The notes under the pieces are model-generated. The model saw only the letters and a list, made by a program, of their open reading frames with translations. It was not told the DNA's origin and did no database searches. A stretch of 64,000 nucleotides of DNA. Source: Chloroflexota bacterium (lineage in GTDB: Bacteria > Chloroflexota > UBA6077 > FW602-bin22). Position 1 is the stretch's first letter. Every line of letters begins with the position of its first letter. The stretch spans positions 258,861 to 322,860 of the forward strand of contig SCUE01000007.1 in the NCBI GenBank assembly GCA_004297775.1, given 5' to 3'. Shown piece by piece: positions 58,410-64,000 of this stretch. Both the position numbers and the translations under genes were made by a program.

Positions 58410-61394
58410 CTATCGGTTGAGACGAGACGTTGTCAGAATCGGCAGAGTGAGGAATCCGCCGGTCTGCGACTTCGCCGCCGACTTCGGCGCCGGACCGGCC
58501 AGACGCTCGAGTCGCACCGCAACCGACTTGAGGGTCCCACCGGCGCGGCCGTCAACGAGGTGATTGATTGGCTGTTCGCGATGGTGGATCGGCACGAAGA
58601 CCTGACCGGCCAGCAATTCAGACGAGAGCTTGACGCGCATCTCGACGCGCCCGTGCGCAGACTCGATCGCGACGAGATCGCCCGCGCCGATGCCCAGGCG
58701 CAAGGCGTCATCGCTGTTCACGCTCGCCTCGACATCGCCCCACATCTTCGTCAACCCGCGCGACCGGCTCGAAATCGCGCCGGTGTTCCAGAGGGCACTG
58801 CGACCGGTCACAGCCAGGAATGGATGCTTGTCGGATGTCGCAGTGCCGTCGTCGACGTACGCGGCTGGCGCAAGCCGGGCCCTCCCCGACTCGAAGCCGC
58901 GCGTGTAGAACGTCGACGCGCCCGCGTCATCGCGATCCGCAACCGGCCACTGAAGGCCATCGACGCCGAGCCGATCGTGCGACACGCCGCCGTAGATTGG
59001 CACCACCCGGCTGATCTCATCCATCACGTCGGAAGGAGTGGAGTAGCCGAACTGCCGATCGCCCCAGGCCGAGTCGACGGCCACCCGGCGACCGATAGCC
59101 GCGACGATCTGCCAGTCCGGGCGGCTCTGCCCGACAGGGCGCTGCGCCGCGTTCACTTTCTGGACACGTCGCTCGGTGTTTGTGAACGTGCCGTCCTTCT
59201 CCATCGCCGACGCGGCCGGGAGCACGATGCTTGCCAAGGCCGCTGTTTCGGTCGGGAAGATGTCCTGGACAATCAGGAGTTCGAGCTTCGCCAGCGCCGC
59301 GCGTACGCGGTCCGTGTTCGGCAGCGATCGCGCCGGATTTGACCCCATCACATAGAGCGCTCGAATCGCACCACTCTCGATGCGATCGATCATGGTGTCG
59401 AGATCGGCGCCAGCCGTCGTCGGCAGGTCTGACTGCCACGCCGCGCCGAGCGCCGCGCGGGCGCCAACGTCATCGACGGATCGGTATCCGGGCAAGAGAT
59501 CGGGCACGCATCCCATATCAACCGCGCCGAGCGTGTTGTTCTGACCCGTCAGTGGCACGATTCCGGCGGCGTGCTTACCGATCTGGCCGGTCGAAACCGC
59601 CAGGTTCGCGATTGCCCGAACAGCGTTCTCGCCGTTGGCATACTGCGTGATCCCGGAGGCGTACACAACGACCGACGAGTTCGTGGCCGGCGACTGTCCC
59701 GGCCAGACGACCTCGCCCCAGAGCGAACTCGGAATCGGATAGCGCTTGTCAGTCCCGCCCGAGGCGTATAACCGCGCCGCAATCTCGATGTCGGCCTGGG
59801 GAACGCCCGTGATCCGCCCGACCTCTGCCAGTGAGAACGGCGCAAGCGATGCGACCAGCGCGTCGAAGCCCTCGGCCCGCGCCTCGATGAAGTCGCGCGC
59901 GACCAGACCCTCATCAACGATGACGCGCAACATGCCGTTCAGCAACGCCGCGTCCGTGCCCGGACGCGGGCGCAAATGCAGCGACGCCAGCCGCGACATC
60001 TCGGTCGCCCGTGGATCGATCAGGATCATACGCCCGCCGTGACGCGTGACGCGCTTGACCCAGAACGACAGGACCGGGTGGGTCTCGACCGTGTGCGATC
60101 CGATGACCATGACACAGCCAGCGTCCTCGATATCGCGCGCCGGTACCGTCGGACCGGCTGATCCGAACGCGGCCATCAAGGCTCGCACGGTCGGCGCGTA
60201 GCAGTAGCGCGCGGTCGGATCATCGATGTTGTTCGTGCCGATCGCCGCACGCGCCAACTTCTGGAAGAGGTACGACTCCTCATTGGTGGTCTTGCCCGAG
60301 CCGATGAATCCGATCGCGTCTGGACCGTGCGCCTCACGAATCGCCGTCAGGCCGTTGCCGACCGCGTCCAGAGCCTCGTCCCACGTCGCCTCACGCAAGG
60401 TGCCGTCGCGGCCGATCTGGGGAACACGCAGTCGGTCCTTGTGCTGCGCGTAGTCGTAGGCGAATTGCCCGCGCACGCAAAGGTTATCGTGATTCGATGC
60501 CCCATCCTTGTCCGCCATGACGTTCGCCAGACGGCCCTGAGCGGTGTTGAGGAACATCGAGCACCCAACTCCGCAGTACGTGCAGACCGAAGGCGTCGTC
60601 TTCTCCGTCGGCGCGGTGGCGTACTTCGAGTCCGTCTTCATGAGCGCGCCAGTTGGGCAGACGACCGCGCAACGGCCGCAGTAGATGCAGCCGGACTCCG
60701 TGAGCGGCTTCTCGAAATCGACCGCGATCGACACATCCATTCCGCGATGCGCCAGACCGAGCGCTGACACCCCGATGACTTCGTCGCACACGCGGACGCA
60801 GCGCGCGCAATAGATGCAGTAGTCGGGGTACCGTTCGACGAACGGGTTCGAGCGCTCCGGTTCGCCGATCCGACGAGGGTTGAAGAAGCGTTGCTCGCGC
60901 CACTGTATGAAATCGACGACGCGCTGCAGTTCGCAGTTCTTGTTACGCGGGCAGGTCACGCAGCGATCCGTGACGACGTCATCGCGCTGGCAGACCACGA
61001 ACGGACCGCATCGCTCCATGCGCGGGCAATTGAGACACCGATCCGGATGGTCTGAAAGGAGAACCTCGAGCACGCCGCGTTGATGTTGTCGTGCGAGCGC
61101 GCTGTTCGTCTTCACGACCATCCCATCGCGGGCCACGATCGTGCAGGCGGTCTCCAGGCCGTGCATTTTCTCGACTTCCACGAGACACATGCGGCACCCC
61201 GCAAAAGGCGTCAGGTCGTGGTAGTCGCAGAGGTGCGGAATGTAGATTCCTGCCTCGATTGCAGCGTGGAGCACCGTCTTCCCGGACGGCGTCGTCACGG
61301 TCTGGCCGTCGATCGTCAGAGTGATTGTGCGCACGGCCGGTTTCTCATCCGCCGACGTGTGGAGCGACAGCCGCGGGGGAATCTCGATCGCCAT
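58410..61394 (-). CDS. Molybdopterin oxidoreductase alpha subunit (FdhF/NuoG-like) with N-terminal Fe-S domains
   Basis: 2Fe-2S 'C..GCRMC..C', His/Cys cluster motif, two ferredoxin motifs, 'CTYCGVGC', 'QDIF', 'EKDGTFTNTERR'. Confidence 0.9.
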   Translation of the reverse strand: MAIEIPPRLSLHTSADEKPAVRTITLTIDGQTVTTPSGKTVLHAAIEAGIYIPHLCDYHDLTPFAGCRMCLVEVEKMHGLETACTIVARDGMVVKTNSALARQHQRGVLEVLLSDHPDRCLNCPRMERCGPFVVCQRDDVVTDRCVTCPRNKNCELQRVVDFIQWREQRFFNPRRIGEPERSNPFVERYPDYCIYCARCVRVCDEVIGVSALGLAHRGMDVSIAVDFEKPLTESGCIYCGRCAVVCPTGALMKTDSKYATAPTEKTTPSVCTYCGVGCSMFLNTAQGRLANVMADKDGASNHDNLCVRGQFAYDYAQHKDRLRVPQIGRDGTLREATWDEALDAVGNGLTAIREAHGPDAIGFIGSGKTTNEESYLFQKLARAAIGTNNIDDPTARYCYAPTVRALMAAFGSAGPTVPARDIEDAGCVMVIGSHTVETHPVLSFWVKRVTRHGGRMILIDPRATEMSRLASLHLRPRPGTDAALLNGMLRVIVDEGLVARDFIEARAEGFDALVASLAPFSLAEVGRITGVPQADIEIAARLYASGGTDKRYPIPSSLWGEVVWPGQSPATNSSVVVYASGITQYANGENAVRAIANLAVSTGQIGKHAAGIVPLTGQNNTLGAVDMGCVPDLLPGYRSVDDVGARAALGAAWQSDLPTTAGADLDTMIDRIESGAIRALYVMGSNPARSLPNTDRVRAALAKLELLIVQDIFPTETAALASIVLPAASAMEKDGTFTNTERRVQKVNAAQRPVGQSRPDWQIVAAIGRRVAVDSAWGDRQFGYSTPSDVMDEISRVVPIYGGVSHDRLGVDGLQWPVADRDDAGASTFYTRGFESGRARLAPAAYVDDGTATSDKHPFLAVTGRSALWNTGAISSRSRGLTKMWGDVEASVNSDDALRLGIGAGDLVAIESAHGRVEMRVKLSSELLAGQVFVPIHHREQPINHLVDGRAGGTLKSVAVRLERLAGPAPKSAAKSQTGGFLTLPILTTSRLNR

Positions 61395-61408
61395 CAGACC
61401 TGCCTTAC

Positions 61409-63163
61409 TTAGACGCTGATCTTCAGGATGCGCGCGTCGTCGAGACGCGCCGGGTTCGCGCCGTGGATGAGACGCTCGCACACCCCCGTCGGACAGCGAC
61501 GATCGAGGATATGGGACTCAAGTTCCTCGCGGAAATGGTCGACCAGACTGACCGCCGGAACCGGCGCCGCCTGACCGAGACCGCACAGGGTCGTTTCGAT
61601 CATCACCGGTCCGAGCCAGCGAATCGTCTCCAGATCTTCGATCTGCCCTTCGCCACGGGACATGCGCGTGAAGATGTCGGTCAGGCGCGCGGTGCCGAGC
61701 CGACAGGTCGTGCATCGTGTGCACGACTCGGTCGAATTGAACTGCATCATGTAGCGTCCGAGATCGACCACGCAGGTCTTGTCGTCGAACACGACCAGAC
61801 CGCCCGACCCAAGCACCGTACCGGCCGCGGCGCAATCTTCATTCGACATCGCTATGTCAAGTTGGCTCGCTGGCATCGCCGCGCCGGTCGGTCCGGCCGG
61901 TTGCGCGAACTTGAAACCGTGCCCGTCGCGCATGCCGCCACAGATGTCGAAAACGATCGTCCGAAGCGTCGTGCCAAACGCGACCTCGATCAGGCCGCCA
62001 CGTTTGATGTGCCCGCTCGGCGCAAAGAGTTTGGTCCCGGTGCTGCGCTTCGTGCCGATCTTCGCGAACTCCGAACCGCCGATCGACAGGATGATCGGGA
62101 CGTTCGCGTACGTCTCGACGTTATTCATGTTCGTCGGCTTTGCCCAGACGCCCTTCTCGGCCGAACGAACCAGCTTCGGCCGCGGCATTCCGCGCTTGCC
62201 TTCCAGCGAACTCATCATCGCCGAGGACTCACCGACCGCGTAGGAACCGGCGCCAAAGCGCATCTCGAGGTCGAGGGAAAAATCCGTACCCAGAATATTC
62301 TTGCCGGCGAGACCGACCTCATACATCTGAGCGATTGCGTGACGTGCCCGCGCCGCCGCCAGAGGATGCTCGCCGCCCACGTACACGTAGCCCTTGTCGA
62401 CGCCGATCGCGAAACCAGCGATCAGCATCCCTTCGAGCACGAGGTGCGGATCCGACTCGAGGATGCGCCGATCCTTGTAGATCGCCGGCTCACCTTCCTC
62501 GGCGTTGCAGAACATGTATTTCGGTCGTGCCGGGCTCTTCCGGGCCGTCTCCCACTTTCGCGCGGTCGGGAATGCCGCGCCGCCGCGACCGACGAGGCCC
62601 GATGTGGTCACCTCGGCGAAGATGTCGTCGGGCGACATCGATGTCAGCGCACGCGTGAACTGCGCATACGCGCCGTTGGCGATCGAGTGCTCGATATTGC
62701 CTGGATCGACGATACCGTGAAGCCGCATGACGTGCCGCATCTGCGGCCGAATGAACGGCAGGCTGTCAAATGTCGGAATTCCGTCCACGGGCGAATCGGA
62801 CCGCGCCGCCACCGCCCAATCCTTCCGATGGCGACCCGCCACTATGACACTGTCAAGGAGTTCCGACGCGCGCGCCGCGTGGACATCCGAATAGAGGACG
62901 CGCGGACCACCCGGCAACTGGACCTCGACGACCGGCTCGAGATGGCACATCCCCGAGCAGCCGACGGTTTCGAGGGAAATGGTGAGGCCGCGCCGCGATG
63001 CCTCGCGCCGAAGCGCGTCGAGCGTGTCTTCCGCGCCCACGGCAATTCCGCAACCGGCGAATTGCACGATGACGCGCGGCGCCGACGACGTCTCGAGCGC
63101 ACGCCAATTGCCCTCGGCGCGCGACCGCAACGCTTCGAACGCGGCCCGAGGTTCTCCGCTCAC
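61409..63163 (-). CDS. NuoF/HydB-like flavoprotein with N-terminal thioredoxin-like 2Fe-2S domain
   Basis: 'GRGGAAFP', 'NAEEGEP', 'NNVET', 'ESCTRCTTC...LCGLG'; N-terminal 'GCG...GCSGMC'. Confidence 0.9.
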   Translation of the reverse strand: MSGEPRAAFEALRSRAEGNWRALETSSAPRVIVQFAGCGIAVGAEDTLDALRREASRRGLTISLETVGCSGMCHLEPVVEVQLPGGPRVLYSDVHAARASELLDSVIVAGRHRKDWAVAARSDSPVDGIPTFDSLPFIRPQMRHVMRLHGIVDPGNIEHSIANGAYAQFTRALTSMSPDDIFAEVTTSGLVGRGGAAFPTARKWETARKSPARPKYMFCNAEEGEPAIYKDRRILESDPHLVLEGMLIAGFAIGVDKGYVYVGGEHPLAAARARHAIAQMYEVGLAGKNILGTDFSLDLEMRFGAGSYAVGESSAMMSSLEGKRGMPRPKLVRSAEKGVWAKPTNMNNVETYANVPIILSIGGSEFAKIGTKRSTGTKLFAPSGHIKRGGLIEVAFGTTLRTIVFDICGGMRDGHGFKFAQPAGPTGAAMPASQLDIAMSNEDCAAAGTVLGSGGLVVFDDKTCVVDLGRYMMQFNSTESCTRCTTCRLGTARLTDIFTRMSRGEGQIEDLETIRWLGPVMIETTLCGLGQAAPVPAVSLVDHFREELESHILDRRCPTGVCERLIHGANPARLDDARILKISV

Positions 63164-63690
63164 GCCTGGCCTCCGTCGGAGTGGTGGACGGCGGCGGACA
63201 GCAGCTGGCGGGCGTCGCCGGCGCGCAGTCGCCCCCGTACCCGGTGATTGAATGCCGCGACCGGGGCATGCATGCAGATACCAAGGCAGGCCGAAGTCTT
63301 GATGGAGTACCGCATGTCGCGCCGCGTGTCGCCGACACTGATTCCAGTCTCTTCCTCGATCTCGGCCAGCAACCCCGGACCGCCGTCAACTCGGCAGGCC
63401 GGACCGGCGCAGACCACGACGTTAACGTCCGCCGGCGGCTCGGTCGAGAGCTCGTGGTAATAGGTGACGACAGCGTACACGGACGGCGGCGTCGTGCGGA
63501 GGAAGTCGCTGATGACGCGCACGGTATTCTCGGAAACCCATCCGTATCGCCCCTGAGCCTCGTGCAAGATCGGCAGGATCGCGCCTTCGACATCGTGATA
63601 GCGTTCGAGAATCGGCCAGAAGTCGGACCGGATCTGCTCATACGTCGCGGTTCGCCGATCGAATGGCAGAGTCGGGGCCGAATTCGCCAC
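63160..63690 (-). CDS. NuoE/HydC-like 2Fe-2S subunit
   Basis: 'LHEAQGRYGWV', 'CAGPAC...ACLGIC'; RBS GAGGAGG. Confidence 0.9.
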   Translation of the reverse strand: MANSAPTLPFDRRTATYEQIRSDFWPILERYHDVEGAILPILHEAQGRYGWVSENTVRVISDFLRTTPPSVYAVVTYYHELSTEPPADVNVVVCAGPACRVDGGPGLLAEIEEETGISVGDTRRDMRYSIKTSACLGICMHAPVAAFNHRVRGRLRAGDARQLLSAAVHHSDGGQA

Positions 63691-63700
63691 GATAGCCTCC

Positions 63701-64000
63701 TCAGTTCGCAATCGCGGCGGCGAACGCCGAGAGATCGAGGTGTCGGGCCGCAAGCGCGTGAATGACCTCGACCTTGTCGGCGTGCCGGAATCGCGTCGCC
63801 CGCAGAAACGCACTCACTCGATCGAGAGTTTCGACGGCCTCGGCTTCGACACACACGATCGGTACGCCCTCAACCTCGGCGCGCTCCAGCACGACCGGGT
63901 CGGGAGTCACGCCGCCGGTCGCGACGATGCACTGGCACGGTGTCCCCAGCGCCGCCAACTGGACATCAATCCGATTTCCGCCGCAGACGACCGCCTTGCG
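63701..64000 (-). CDS. Partial DRTGG-domain protein (Pta N-terminal-like), 5' end outside the window
   Basis: 'KAVVCGGNRIDVQLAAL...CIVATGG...VPIV'. Confidence 0.8.
   Translation of the reverse strand, partial: RKAVVCGGNRIDVQLAALGTPCQCIVATGGVTPDPVVLERAEVEGVPIVCVEAEAVETLDRVSAFLRATRFRHADKVEVIHALAARHLDLSAFAAAIAN

Noticed and set aside
61325-63247. 640-aa plus-strand ORF (likewise 30135-31706, 42521-43999, 9277-10350 and 3538-4557)
   Set aside because: Antisense shadows of well-supported genes in high-GC DNA, with no recognisable motifs

Overview
High-GC bacterial window. The Tat-lipoprotein sugar-binding protein with a Pro/Ala linker, DUF3105, PAC2 and a GlmL-like protein suggest Chloroflexota (inference). 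It holds two carbohydrate ABC permease sets, housekeeping genes (hisC, moaA, trxB, UDG, AlkA-like, Rid, Hsp20), an ECF sigma/membrane-partner pair, a two-component system, a complete 14-gene nuoA-N operon, a surface-glycan locus (GT-C-like membrane protein, CapD/PglF-type dehydratase, methyltransferase, three paralogous GH-A-like hydrolases) and a second NuoE/NuoF/FdhF-like operon. Main observations beyond the ORF track: (1) a selenoprotein split by an in-frame UGA (UPHC) with a SECIS-like hairpin; (2) a MerR-HTH plus double AsnC regulator that seems to need a CTG start; (3) an FdhF-like enzyme with the formate-specific His and Arg replaced; (4) a ~200-nt structured RNA candidate behind an extended -10 promoter; (5) the triplicated non-NEP hydrolases; (6) recurring leaderless-type promoters. 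No tRNA, rRNA, CRISPR or mobile element was seen. Family assignments come from motif recognition by eye, not database searches.
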